Virus record (IMG/VR): IMGVR_UViG_3300024054_000015
Location: 1 to 64,000 of that record
DNA: 64,000 nt
Reading direction: 5' to 3' (one strand)
From: a virus
Below are positions 1 to 9,909 of this stretch, one piece after another. Position numbers and translations under genes: made by a program. Numbering within the stretch: position 1 is the stretch's first letter; each line of letters starts with the position of its first letter. The notes under the pieces are model-generated. The model made no database searches, was not told where the DNA came from, and was given only the letters and a program-made list of their open reading frames with translations.

Positions 1-600
1 GATGGGCTGATTGTGGAGGGTTACGTTGGTATCGGTATTGCGTCGGGCCTTGGGAACATTCTGCACGTGCGCGGAACCGCCAACCAAACTGGCCTGCGGG
101 TGGATTCTGGACCCTCTTACACCTGCTCGGTGGTTGAACTCTACAACGCGAACACCGGAGCCACGGCAGCTAGAAACTGGCGGTTGGCGAGTAACTATAC
201 AGCGAACGGGATGTTTGAGATTCAACGCTCGCTGTTCGTGGATGCTGCCGCAACGACTACCGCCTTAGCCTTTGATTCCAGTGGCAACGTCGGGATCGGG
301 ACCGGAGCGACAGTTTCGGCCCGTCTGCACGTCATCAGCACTACCGAGCAAATGCGGCTGGGATACGATGCTACGAAATATGCGTCATTCACGGTAGATA
401 ATTCCGGGGATATGACGATCGCTCCGAGTGGTGCGAATCTCGCCATCACAGCGGACGTGGACGTGCCGAGCGACAAAGCATTCTACCTCGGCGCTCCCGC
501 TACCGATGGAACTTGGCGAATCACTCGCAGCGGGAATAACCTGTTGATGGAGCGGCGGGAGTCAGGGGCTTACGTGACCAAACAAACTATTGCAGCGTGA
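1..600 (+). CDS. Virion fibre-like protein, C-terminal part (5' truncated)
   Basis: Frame open from base 1; GxVGIG beta-repeats (GYVGIGI, GNVGIGT...ARLHV) typical of phage fibres. Confidence 0.6.
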   Translation, partial: DGLIVEGYVGIGIASGLGNILHVRGTANQTGLRVDSGPSYTCSVVELYNANTGATAARNWRLASNYTANGMFEIQRSLFVDAAATTTALAFDSSGNVGIGTGATVSARLHVISTTEQMRLGYDATKYASFTVDNSGDMTIAPSGANLAITADVDVPSDKAFYLGAPATDGTWRITRSGNNLLMERRESGAYVTKQTIAA

Positions 601-603
601 CCT

Positions 604-1062
604 ATGGCACTTTCCTATACAGCGGCAGGCGGTGTGGTGGCTATTGGGTACGACACCGCAACCAACGAGCGCGGGTTCCTGTTGAAGATGATTAACAGGA
701 CCGGACACTCCTCGGTCAAAGGTGAACTGGTTGCGCAGCACTCGTCCAACAACCGTGAAGTAACTCTGCAAACCGGCGAATACGATACAATCGGCATCGT
801 CCAGGAAGCAGGAGTTGCTGAAGGTTCCGAAATGTGGGTTTGGCAGATCGGCAGCGTGTGCCAAGCGCTGCTCAAGAACACCGTGTCCGCGTCTCGTGCT
901 AATTTGGCGATTGCGGCTGACACTGATGGTCGCATGGATATGGTCGCCACTCCACCACCACCGCCGACAGCCGATACACATTTCAAGGAGGTTGGTCACG
1001 CCCTTGAAGCCGTGACCGGAGGAACGGATCAACTCTGTCTTATTTCCTTCCACCTGAACTAA
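604..1062 (+). CDS. Putative virion decoration/cement-like protein
   Basis: 152 aa; IGIVQEAGVAEG...VGHALEA pattern resembles DUF2190-like small beta proteins; structural context. Confidence 0.4.
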   Translation: MALSYTAAGGVVAIGYDTATNERGFLLKMINRTGHSSVKGELVAQHSSNNREVTLQTGEYDTIGIVQEAGVAEGSEMWVWQIGSVCQALLKNTVSASRANLAIAADTDGRMDMVATPPPPPTADTHFKEVGHALEAVTGGTDQLCLISFHLN

Positions 1063-1073
1063 GGAGTTCAACT

Positions 1074-1397
1074 ATGGCGGCGATTACTGTCACGTTTTTG
1101 GACCGTACCTTCACCGTCGAGTATCCCGACGCAGTGAAGGGTGTGATTCTGGACGACCTGTGCGAGCGCTACGGGTATCAATCACTCGTTCCCAATCCCA
1201 ATCCAGGCCCCACCGAACCGCCGATGGTGGCCAACGCGGAGGACAAAGTGCAGTTCGTGGTCAACCGCATCGTGGCCGAGTTGTTGCAGCCCAGCAAGAA
1301 CAAGCTGCGCAGCGCGGCGGTTCAGCAAGCTGAAGCGGTGGCTCAACAACAGATTGAGGCGGCGTTCGGAGGCGTGGTCATCAGCGAAGCGAAGTAG
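1074..1397 (+). CDS. Hypothetical protein
   Basis: AAGGAG RBS, 107 aa, co-oriented operon. Confidence 0.7.
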   Translation: MAAITVTFLDRTFTVEYPDAVKGVILDDLCERYGYQSLVPNPNPGPTEPPMVANAEDKVQFVVNRIVAELLQPSKNKLRSAAVQQAEAVAQQQIEAAFGGVVISEAK

Positions 1398-1436
1398 TGG
1401 TGTTTCTCAGGAGCATTCTTTGTACTAGGAGCAAAC

Positions 1437-1913
1437 ATGAAAGTCGATTTCACAACGGAACTCGTGGACATGGAAGGTCAGCCGATGCGCTGGGCAGACC
1501 ATCGTGAAGCGTGCGTGCAGATCATTGGGGAAGCGGCACGGCAGCAGATCATCAGCCCCGAGCAGTTCACCAAGATTCGCGAGTTGATGGGAGCGGATGA
1601 GAGCGTGCCGCCGCTCACCTTGGGTCGGGTAACGATCTCCTCGTTACTGGCCCCCGTCAAGGACGAGTCGCAAGAGGACAAGATGCGTGGCTTCGAGCTA
1701 ATGCAGAAGATCCACAACCGCACGAAGCCGATTACCGTCAGCGACGCGGACATCACGTTCATCAAGAAGGCCATCGGCAATAGCTCGTTCGTCAAGCTGG
1801 TGATGGGCCAGTGCTGGAATCTGCTCGCCGGGCGCAAGGCGTTCCAGTTGGAGGCCGACGAGGAAGACGAGAAGCCACAGGACGAGAAACCGCAGGACGA
1901 GAAGGTAGAGTGA
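1437..1913 (+). CDS. Hypothetical protein (possible fibre chaperone)
   Basis: AGGAG RBS, 158 aa, acidic C-terminus with DEKPQ repeat. Confidence 0.65.
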   Translation: MKVDFTTELVDMEGQPMRWADHREACVQIIGEAARQQIISPEQFTKIRELMGADESVPPLTLGRVTISSLLAPVKDESQEDKMRGFELMQKIHNRTKPITVSDADITFIKKAIGNSSFVKLVMGQCWNLLAGRKAFQLEADEEDEKPQDEKPQDEKVE

Positions 1914-1914
1914 C

Positions 1915-2700
1915 ATGGCCAATACGAAGGTTCCTGTTCCGTATCTGGTGTCCGGTAGCTCACTGGCCGCGACCATCTGGAATCGAGCTGGTCAGGTCTG
2001 GAACGGCTCGTCGCACGTCACGTATGCCGCAGTAGACGTTGCGACCTACGGCGTGAACCTGTCGGAACAGGGAGCTTCGAAGGTCTATCTACTAACCTTT
2101 CCATCGGGCATCACCGCTGCTGGCCGCTATCTGTGCATGGTGTACGTGAAGGCCGGAGCGAGTCTGGCCGAGAGCGATTCCGGCCCCATCTGGGTGGCAG
2201 ATGTCGATTGGGACGGCACGGAGATCACTTCGTTTGAATCCGTGGCGGCGGATGTCTGGGCCTATGCTACCCGCACGCTGACGATGACGGCGGCACAGAT
2301 TGCATCTGTGTTAGCTGGTTCCGAGATAACCGTTCACCGTGGGGATACTACCAGCATCTCAATCACGGGTGCTGGCAACATCTCTGCTCGTACGAAGCTC
2401 TGGTTTGCAGTCAAGCTTGATAAACACCAAGAGGACACAGAGGCTCAACTATTCATCACAGAGGCTGATGGACTAGTCTACGTTAACGGAGCAGATCCTA
2501 CAGCTTCACAAACAGCCACGATCACAGTTACCAATGCTACTACCGGAGCCTTGACTATTGCAATCTCAGCAGCAGCTACAGCCGCTCTAGAAGAGCTTGG
2601 TGGACATTGGGAACTGCAAATGCTCACAGCCTCTGGAATCACCACCTTACTTTATGGAACATTTGTTCTAACAGAGGATGTCGTAAAGGCTACTTCCTAA
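1915..2700 (+). CDS. Virion protein with BppU-like Ig domain
   Basis: C-terminal RGDT...TGALTIAISAAATAAL...WELQ pattern of BppU-N-like domains. Confidence 0.5.
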   Translation: MANTKVPVPYLVSGSSLAATIWNRAGQVWNGSSHVTYAAVDVATYGVNLSEQGASKVYLLTFPSGITAAGRYLCMVYVKAGASLAESDSGPIWVADVDWDGTEITSFESVAADVWAYATRTLTMTAAQIASVLAGSEITVHRGDTTSISITGAGNISARTKLWFAVKLDKHQEDTEAQLFITEADGLVYVNGADPTASQTATITVTNATTGALTIAISAAATAALEELGGHWELQMLTASGITTLLYGTFVLTEDVVKATS

Positions 2701-3116
2701 TGCTAGAGAAGCTGCGAAAGTATTGCCGCGACAATAAGGGAGAAAACTCCGTGGTAGTAGTCATCTGCTACCCCATGGAGTATGCCCTAAAGGTTCATGA
2801 AAGAACAGACCTCCACCACAAGGTAGGTCAAGCCAAGTACCTGGAGACCGCGGCCAGGACTAGCATCAGCGAGATTAGGGCTTCTATCAGAAAGGTCAAG
2901 CCGAACGATATGCCGGAGGCTATGCTTAGAGCAGGTTTGTTAATCCAAAGGCGAAGCCAAGAACTCGTGCCCGTAGATACTTCAGCCCTAAAGTCCAGTG
3001 CGTTTACCTGCTTGCAGGAAGACCTGGATCGTACAGCCTCTCAGGCTAGGGCTGAGGCTGAAGCATTGCGGGTTCGGGTGCTGGCAGAAAGGGCAGCTAA
3101 AAGGAGCAAGAAGTGA
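2700..3116 (+). CDS. Neck/tail-completion protein (HK97 gp10-like)
   Basis: VPVDTSALKSS and YALKVHE motifs; ATG overlaps upstream stop (TAATG). Confidence 0.65.
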   Translation: MLEKLRKYCRDNKGENSVVVVICYPMEYALKVHERTDLHHKVGQAKYLETAARTSISEIRASIRKVKPNDMPEAMLRAGLLIQRRSQELVPVDTSALKSSAFTCLQEDLDRTASQARAEAEALRVRVLAERAAKRSKK

Positions 3117-3583
3117 CAGGAGTTCTTTACCACACCCCAGCCGAGATCATTGCTCAGATGATGCACAATGTATCGCTGGCAGATCTTGAGGGTCCTGGCA
3201 CAGGAGACCCTCCGACCGAGTGGACAGTGTTCCCTATCCATTTGCCAGAAAGCCCTGAGCAAGCTATACTGGTAAAAGATACCTCAGGAATGGTTCACAG
3301 AAGGATCCAAACTACCGGAGTCATGGGTGAGCATTACGGAATCCAACTATTGGCCCGTAGCTCTGAGGATCCCGCTGTCCCTTACAAGAAGATGAAGCAG
3401 ATCCTGGAGTACTTCGACTCGAACATTCGCAGAGAGTTGGTGACCTTGCAGGATGGTTATGCCACTAGAACCTACATGGTCCACGCAATCACCAGAATTA
3501 CTCCAGTGGTCCCTGCTGGCAATGATGGCCGCAGGTTTTTCTTTTCAGGGAATGTAATCGCGTCAATTGAACTTCAGAGTTAG
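3113..3583 (+). CDS. Tail terminator-like protein
   Basis: Size and position between gp10-like gene and tail tube gene. Confidence 0.55.
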   Translation: MTGVLYHTPAEIIAQMMHNVSLADLEGPGTGDPPTEWTVFPIHLPESPEQAILVKDTSGMVHRRIQTTGVMGEHYGIQLLARSSEDPAVPYKKMKQILEYFDSNIRRELVTLQDGYATRTYMVHAITRITPVVPAGNDGRRFFFSGNVIASIELQS

Positions 3584-3606
3584 CCCTAACACGTAGGAGA
3601 TCTAAA

Positions 3607-4071
3607 ATGACTCACACTACAAGAGTAACCCCTCCGGGTACTCCGTTTGATGAAGGCTATCAGTCAATGATTGCCTTTGCCGCCGATCCCAATCTTTCGT
3701 TCTGGGAAACCGTTGTAGGGGCTCCCGGCATCGACGGTGGTGATCCTGTTCCAACAACCACGATGCACAACCGCTCGGTCAGGACCTTGGCTCCTCGTCG
3801 TCTGAAGAGCCACACCGCGTTTCAGGTTCAAGGAAAGTTTGGTGGTGCGACGATTGATCAGGTTTATGCCCTCATCAACGTCAATGGCTGGATCACTGTG
3901 CATTGGCCAGACGAAACCAACTACAGCTTTCCTGGATACCTCAAGAGCTTTCAGCCAGGGCAGTCTCAAGAGGGCAACCCGTTAGAGGGGGTTATTGAGA
4001 TTGTGCCTACTATGCAGATCAATGGTGTTGAGACTGAGTACGATTTGCAGGTGGCGGGCACTGGCACGTAG
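3607..4071 (+). CDS. Major tail tube protein
   Basis: 154 aa; ITVHWPD...FPGYLKSF pattern; precedes chaperone and tape measure genes. Confidence 0.7.
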   Translation: MTHTTRVTPPGTPFDEGYQSMIAFAADPNLSFWETVVGAPGIDGGDPVPTTTMHNRSVRTLAPRRLKSHTAFQVQGKFGGATIDQVYALINVNGWITVHWPDETNYSFPGYLKSFQPGQSQEGNPLEGVIEIVPTMQINGVETEYDLQVAGTGT

Positions 4072-4085
4072 TCGTTAGGGCTGTA

Positions 4086-4181
4086 AAGGGGCCTAGTAGC
4101 CCTTCAGCAACGCGCAAAGCCGCACAAGCACCAATACCTCAGGCGGGCTTGGCGCGTGCTGTAAGGGCTGCTAGGGGCCTT
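4086..4181. repeat. Dispersed 96-97 bp inverted-repeat element, copy 1
   Basis: AAGGGGCCTAG...CTAGGGGCCTT ends; related copies at 19864 and 53289. Confidence 0.75.
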
Positions 4182-4227
4182 AAAACACAGCCCCCCATAA
4201 GTGGTACACGTTCAAAGGAGCAGCAAG

Positions 4228-4713
4228 ATGTCAGACTTGGACTTTAGTGCAATCCAGATCAGAGAGGTTCCCGTTACAGGACCCAACGGTGAAAAGTACG
4301 TCCTGAGAGAAAGCACCGGGAAGGTTACTACTGATCACCGTAATGCCATCATGGCTTCTACACAATTCGGCCCCAACGGCAAGGTCGTGGGCCTCAAGGA
4401 TCTCGCCTCTGTAGAAGCTAAGTTTGTTGCGGGCTGCATGTGGGACTCTAAGGGCAGAAACCCTCCGGTTACTCTCATCCAGTCTTGGCCTGCCAGGGTC
4501 CAGCAAGCCCTGTACGAAAAGGCCAAAGAGCTCAGTGACATGGATGAGGAGTCCCCTGTCAGAAAGGCTCTGGAGTTAGCTCTGAGTAGAGAGGACGCTC
4601 CCATATCGTTTGAGCATCTCTCTGCTTGGGCTAAGGGTCTTGAAGACAGTGATGAACTCAGGCCCCTCATCAGGCTCTTTGCGGATCGGGAGGCAGAACT
4701 AAAAAACTCCTGA
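4228..4713 (+). CDS. Tail assembly chaperone (gpG-like)
   Basis: AAGGAG RBS; lies between tail tube and tape measure genes; ends at a slippery site. Confidence 0.75.
   Translation: MSDLDFSAIQIREVPVTGPNGEKYVLRESTGKVTTDHRNAIMASTQFGPNGKVVGLKDLASVEAKFVAGCMWDSKGRNPPVTLIQSWPARVQQALYEKAKELSDMDEESPVRKALELALSREDAPISFEHLSAWAKGLEDSDELRPLIRLFADREAELKNS
4701..4707 (+). other. Programmed -1 frameshift site A AAA AAC
   Basis: In-frame X XXY YYZ heptamer; -1 frame open from 4701 to 5060. Confidence 0.8.
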
Positions 4714-5060
4714 GGGGTTGCGGTGGTTGGTTCACCGTAGCCCAAGCGTTCGGTCAAGATCCGTTTGAACTCATGGGTAAATGGCCAGAACGATACAGGG
4801 ATTTAGTTCTTGAGTGGCTCGAGGACCAGTGGAATAGGCCCTCCAGGTCTGATTACTACGCCATGCGTATCTCTCAGAGAATCCAGCAGGGTTACTCCAA
4901 GAAGGCTGTTTCGATAGATGATCAGATGATCAAGTTCGCTGAGCCTACAGTCCAGAAGCCTGTGGATCCGGTAGAACGCTCTAAGGCCATCTGGATTGGA
5001 GGAGTTAAGGCTGCTCAACTAGCTGCAAGGGAGAGCCAATGGCCACGGAATACGAAGTAG
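4701..5060 (+). CDS. Tail assembly chaperone frameshift extension (gpT-like)
   Basis: -1 frame reads LLRGCGGWFTVAQAFGQDPFELMGKW... into ORF 4773-5060. Confidence 0.7.
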   Translation, partial: KKLLRGCGGWFTVAQAFGQDPFELMGKWPERYRDLVLEWLEDQWNRPSRSDYYAMRISQRIQQGYSKKAVSIDDQMIKFAEPTVQKPVDPVERSKAIWIGGVKAAQLAARESQWPRNTK

Positions 5061-7159
5061 ATCGTATGGTCGTGAGGTTGGTAGGAAACCAAGCCGATTA
5101 TCAGAAGATGCTCAAGGACGTAGAGCGTCAAACTGAGCAGACGGCCCAATGGGCTGAGGCCAGAGGCTCTCGCATTGCTGCTGCCTTCAACAAGGCTTTC
5201 AAAGCTGCCGCCATGTCTACAGCCATCGGCGGATCTATCAACGCTCCCTTGGCTAAGGCTGCTGGTGACTTCTCCAGCTACGGCAAGGCCATTCAAGAAG
5301 TCGTTAGGGACTCTGAGAAAGCAGCCCAGCAAGCCGAGCGTATGCAGAAAATCCTAATGGCGAATACGGCAGCCTACAAGGATCTAGCTAAGGTCACTAG
5401 AGTCAACAACCAAGAAGCTGCCGTGTACCTCATGATGAGTCAGCGTACTGGCAAGAGTATTGAGGAGTTGATCAAGTACATTAGGGTCGGCACGGTAGAG
5501 TTTGAGAAGTGGAATAAGGAGGCAAAGAAGTTTGGTCTGATCCTTAAGGACGAGGACGTAAAGGCAGCTAACGACCTTGCTGAGTCTTGGATTAGAGTCA
5601 AGCAAGCTATGCAAGGCTTCTGGTCTCAGCTTGGAGCAATCGTTGGTCCACGCTTCAAAGAGTTCAACGACATGGTCGTGGGGTTAATCCAGTCTGCAAC
5701 TCGCTGGGTTGACAGAAACAGAGACCTGATCAAGTCCTTGCAGCAAGTTGGTGAAAGACTGATCTACGTGGGAACCATCGTGACCGCGGTTCTTACAGGG
5801 TTGGGCACTCTGGCCACGATGATTGTTCCACTTACTGCCTCTATTACTGCTGGAGCATTGGCCTGGAAATACTACTCTGAGGAAGTCAAAAGAGCCTATG
5901 ACATAGTCATGGATTATGGCAAGCGAATCATAGGCTTTATGGACGACACTGTCAAGGGTATCAAAAATGCTCTAAAGGCTAGTGACGTTGAGCTTGCTGT
6001 GAAGATTCTGTGGAGCTCTATCAAGGTCGCCTGGATGCACGGAATGCAGGAGCTCGATAAGCTCACTGGAGAGAAGTTTAGTGCTATCTTTGACAACCTC
6101 TCTTCAGGGAATTGGAAGAGTGCCCTAGAGTCTGTAGCAAAAGAGATAGAGCTCCTGTGGCTGAAGATGCTGGATAAGATGGACCCAATATTCACAGATA
6201 TTGTGAATAGGGTAGCTCAGTTCTGGGCTGAGATCGTCAACACCTTCGAAGAGTCTATCCAAAGCCTCTTCTCAGTTATACAGGATTTTGCCGCCTATGA
6301 TTCTGGAGTGGCTTTTGGGTTAGGGAAAACCGAGCTAGGGAAATCTCTACTCAAGTTTTCTACAGCAGCCCCTCTAAGCACGCAGGCTTCTAGGGATAAG
6401 AGAACGGCTGATGCCTTAGTGGAGGCTGATAAAAGAGCCGATGCTTCTTATGCACGTCGGGCTAAGTATGCTGAGGAGATAGCTAGACTAGAAGCGGAGA
6501 TAGCCGAGGCTAAGGAGAAGGCTAACGCTCAAGCTCAACTATCTCTAGGTATGGCAGGACTTGAAAGAGATCTTCGTAGAAGTCAGGCTTCTGCTGAGGC
6601 TGAAAAGGTTGAAGCTGAAAGGGATAAGGCCAAGAAGGATCTTGAGAAGCTCGAAAAGGATAAGAAGGAGCTCGAGGACACTATACGACGTGAGTCCTCT
6701 AGGCAATCAATCGAGGAGAAACATGATCCCGTAGCTAGGTACATTCGTCAACTTAGAGAGTTGAACGAAATGTTCCTGGATTCAGAGCGAGGTATGTCAG
6801 CCTACAAGAAGGAACTAAAGTCGCTTCAAGACGAGTTAGCTGATAGCTCCTTCAGGGTCAACGTGGAGTTTACAGCCACCGGCATGGACGCTGTTAGGAT
6901 GGGCACCAGAGAGTATCAGCAGATCATAGCCAATACCCTGGAATCGCTGGAGCGTAAGAAGGTCAAGGAAAGAGCCTTGGCCGAAGCCAAGCGTAGAGAA
7001 GCCGAGGACGCTAAGGCCAGGGATCAGGCTCCTAAACCTGCTCCTGGAGCTTTGGCTGCTGGCGACCCTGCAATCCCAAGACTAGACCGCATTGCTACTG
7101 CCGTGGAGAAGATGGCAGATAGGCCGACCATTCAATTCGAACCTGTAGGACTTGTTTAA
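5039..7159 (+). CDS. Tape measure protein
   Basis: 706 aa, helical, Ala/Lys/Glu-rich with periodic Trp; follows the G/GT chaperone. Confidence 0.85.
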   Translation: MATEYEVDRMVVRLVGNQADYQKMLKDVERQTEQTAQWAEARGSRIAAAFNKAFKAAAMSTAIGGSINAPLAKAAGDFSSYGKAIQEVVRDSEKAAQQAERMQKILMANTAAYKDLAKVTRVNNQEAAVYLMMSQRTGKSIEELIKYIRVGTVEFEKWNKEAKKFGLILKDEDVKAANDLAESWIRVKQAMQGFWSQLGAIVGPRFKEFNDMVVGLIQSATRWVDRNRDLIKSLQQVGERLIYVGTIVTAVLTGLGTLATMIVPLTASITAGALAWKYYSEEVKRAYDIVMDYGKRIIGFMDDTVKGIKNALKASDVELAVKILWSSIKVAWMHGMQELDKLTGEKFSAIFDNLSSGNWKSALESVAKEIELLWLKMLDKMDPIFTDIVNRVAQFWAEIVNTFEESIQSLFSVIQDFAAYDSGVAFGLGKTELGKSLLKFSTAAPLSTQASRDKRTADALVEADKRADASYARRAKYAEEIARLEAEIAEAKEKANAQAQLSLGMAGLERDLRRSQASAEAEKVEAERDKAKKDLEKLEKDKKELEDTIRRESSRQSIEEKHDPVARYIRQLRELNEMFLDSERGMSAYKKELKSLQDELADSSFRVNVEFTATGMDAVRMGTREYQQIIANTLESLERKKVKERALAEAKRREAEDAKARDQAPKPAPGALAAGDPAIPRLDRIATAVEKMADRPTIQFEPVGLV

Positions 7160-8106
7160 TGTCTACCACACTTGTTGGACTCGTGGATTGGGGCGGCGGC
7201 AGATCTGAAGACATGCACCGTCAATACTACGCAAAGTTCCTAGTGGAGTCAACCTCTAAGGACGATGGTCCGCAAACGATCCTAGCCACTTCAGGACTTC
7301 CGTTAGTAGGGTCGGGTTGGATCTACGGTAACGACAGTGATAGTTGGGCCATCTGCCATCCGGGAGTGCAGTGTGAGTCTGTAGTAAAGAACGAGCCGAA
7401 CTTTTGGTGGATCCTAACCTACAACTTTGCCACCAGACCCTGGAGGTTTGCCACTGGCGATTCGGTCATCACCAATCCCCAAAGCATTCCAGACATGATC
7501 TCTGGCAGCTTTGTTACCTACCAGAAAAGAACCCAGAGAGATATCAATGGGGTAGCCATAGCCAGTTCTAGCCTCGAGCCTATCTGGGTCAACAAAGACG
7601 TAGGGATGGCGACAGTAGAGATCCAGCAGACAAGGCTCAACCTTCAGCTTCCAACGCTGACCCAGATGTATAACACGGTGAACGATAGAGACCTCTGGGG
7701 ACTGCCCTCTCACTGTGTCAAGCTGAGGAGCATTACCTGGAGGAGATTGGTGTGGGGTGTGAGAACCTTTTACTATGAAAGGGTTCTTGGCTTTGACATC
7801 AAGTTCAATACCTTCTACGAAGATGAGATTGCAGACGTAGGAACTCGAGTAGTCAATAAGCAATTAGCGGGCTATGTAGCCAGACCGAACGATGCAACAG
7901 TACCAAGTGATTTAGTGCTTGACAGAACAAACCCTCAGGTCTTTGTAAGAAACACTGACGAGACGGGGAACGTTCTAAGGCAGGTACTACTAGACGGGTA
8001 TGGTGAGGAGTGTACCGACCCACTAACTCATGTCCACGTTGTTGCCCGCAAGCAGATGTATACGCAAAGCAACTTCTTGTTGCTAGGTATCCCCACAGTG
8101 ATTTAG
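7159..8106 (+). CDS. Putative distal tail/hub protein
   Basis: 315 aa directly after tape measure gene, translationally coupled. Confidence 0.5.
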   Translation: MSTTLVGLVDWGGGRSEDMHRQYYAKFLVESTSKDDGPQTILATSGLPLVGSGWIYGNDSDSWAICHPGVQCESVVKNEPNFWWILTYNFATRPWRFATGDSVITNPQSIPDMISGSFVTYQKRTQRDINGVAIASSSLEPIWVNKDVGMATVEIQQTRLNLQLPTLTQMYNTVNDRDLWGLPSHCVKLRSITWRRLVWGVRTFYYERVLGFDIKFNTFYEDEIADVGTRVVNKQLAGYVARPNDATVPSDLVLDRTNPQVFVRNTDETGNVLRQVLLDGYGEECTDPLTHVHVVARKQMYTQSNFLLLGIPTVI

Positions 8107-8115
8107 GAGCAAGCC

Positions 8116-8622
8116 ATGGAGCCCCTGGAAGACACACCGCCGGAATCTGGCACTATTAGTGAGGAAGACATTTCGGTCTTGATATCGCGGGAAGATCTCC
8201 TGAAGAAAGACCAGCCAGAGCTTGATCGATTCAGTATCAAGATCGACGTGTACCACGAGACAGAGGAAGAGGAAGCCTTCGGTAGAGGCATTGCTGCCTG
8301 TAGGTTCACCAAGACCAAGGGTATAGAACCTTACTCCAGAAAGGTGACCGTTACCGAGGAAGAGAACACCCTGTCCATCGGTGACCTAAAGCGTGAGGAT
8401 GTGGGCTACATCTTTATCACCAACTTGGAGGGAACCAAGTTTCGTGTTAATCCCACCGAAGAGGAGCTCGAGGATATCAGGAAGAAGGTAGTAGTGTTCA
8501 ATGGCTTTGAGATCTATCCAGAGGGTATGCCCTTCCTTGGACAACCTTCTGCTGACAGCCCGCTGAAGATTCGTAGTCTGCATGGGCAGGCTAAGGTCCA
8601 GGTTGTAGTCTTTCCGAGGTGA
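8116..8622 (+). CDS. Putative virion beta-protein (paralog of 57344-57733)
   Basis: RBS; shares LGDL..GY..I.NL motif with ORF 57344. Confidence 0.5.
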   Translation: MEPLEDTPPESGTISEEDISVLISREDLLKKDQPELDRFSIKIDVYHETEEEEAFGRGIAACRFTKTKGIEPYSRKVTVTEEENTLSIGDLKREDVGYIFITNLEGTKFRVNPTEEELEDIRKKVVVFNGFEIYPEGMPFLGQPSADSPLKIRSLHGQAKVQVVVFPR

Positions 8623-8626
8623 TGCG

Positions 8627-9259
8627 ATGGCCAAGGCTTATTACCTGAGTGAAGAAGACGCTGAGGTTTTGCGAGACCTAATCAAGCATCACGGTAACAA
8701 GATCCGGCAAGGGGAAGCCCAGCTATCGCCTAGCTTGTTTGAGTTTTCAGAAGAGGATCCCAATGACACCTTCACTCCAGAAGTCTATATCGTAGGGATT
8801 CCGACTGACGGCATTCCAGGTATGGACTATAACGGAGGCACTGGAGCGGCTGTACCTGGACATGCTGAGTGTACGATCCATAAGATGGTCTACAATGATG
8901 ACGAAGACGAGTGGAGGGTTGAAGAGACTAACTTTACTAAAGAAGTCTACAACCTAGCCAGTGCGCCGATTACTAGGGCAAGCAAGTCTCCATTCAGTCT
9001 GGCCATTAGAGACAAGTACGGCAAGTGGATTGGAGGCTTTGGTGGACCTCAAATGATCTTGGGTGTGCTAGATGGGATTATGTCTTATCAAGGATCTGCC
9101 ACCGTAAGCATTTGGGATGGAACTTCAGATACTGGTCAAGACATCACGGCCTATGACTGGTTGTTGAGCAGTGGTCAGTCTTTAGCTAATGGGAAGAAAG
9201 TGGTCGTACTGCCTCATGCCAATGGCAAGTATTATGTCGTAGGAGCTCAGTGTACGTGA
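8627..9259 (+). CDS. Putative tail protein
   Basis: 210 aa in tail module, ends in AQCT. Confidence 0.5.
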   Translation: MAKAYYLSEEDAEVLRDLIKHHGNKIRQGEAQLSPSLFEFSEEDPNDTFTPEVYIVGIPTDGIPGMDYNGGTGAAVPGHAECTIHKMVYNDDEDEWRVEETNFTKEVYNLASAPITRASKSPFSLAIRDKYGKWIGGFGGPQMILGVLDGIMSYQGSATVSIWDGTSDTGQDITAYDWLLSSGQSLANGKKVVVLPHANGKYYVVGAQCT

Positions 9260-9909
9260 GGTTCTATCCGTCTAATAGTTGCTGTGCGGACTTTTGCGGA
9301 TGTACTCCTGCGTATAAGCCGTCCACCTTGTCCGTCACCATCGCGGGAATCACCAGCCAAGGAACTCCTCCGTTCGGTGCCCTGTGCTACGGCCTGCAAA
9401 CAGGATTATGTCCTTGCGAGGACTTCAATGGAACGTATCTACTGTCTCTGTTGAACCCGACGGGCTGTACCTACACTTACAACTCGGGAGGAAACTGCTT
9501 TGCGGGCGATTGTGTCGTTTCGTTGACGGGTGTCGTCACGAATCGGTCAGGGATTCTAACCTGTCAGATTCAGATGAACTTCAAACGGCCTTGTCGGATG
9601 CTATGTGCGCTCGGGGGTTCTTGTACCTACGCCTGGAGTACGGGCCTTTACCGTTATGTGAAGATCTCGGGTGTTTGCTGGGGTTCGTGCCAATGTATTG
9701 AACCGCCGACGACCTACCAAGGTGACACGATCACTATAGGTTGCTGGCAACCATCCTGCGAAACGAAATCCCTCGTCTTCTATGCCACGGAAAGCAAGAC
9801 CGCAGGCGACTGTCGCGTCAACATGAATCTACCAATCACTCAGGTCGATAACACAGGTTGTTGCGGTTGCTATACTACGGATGCCACTTGCAGCGTTTCT
9901 TCATCATGA
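9250..9909 (+). CDS. Cysteine-rich putative tail tip/receptor-binding protein
   Basis: 24 Cys in 219 aa; last gene of tail module. Confidence 0.5.
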   Translation: MYVRFYPSNSCCADFCGCTPAYKPSTLSVTIAGITSQGTPPFGALCYGLQTGLCPCEDFNGTYLLSLLNPTGCTYTYNSGGNCFAGDCVVSLTGVVTNRSGILTCQIQMNFKRPCRMLCALGGSCTYAWSTGLYRYVKISGVCWGSCQCIEPPTTYQGDTITIGCWQPSCETKSLVFYATESKTAGDCRVNMNLPITQVDNTGCCGCYTTDATCSVSSS

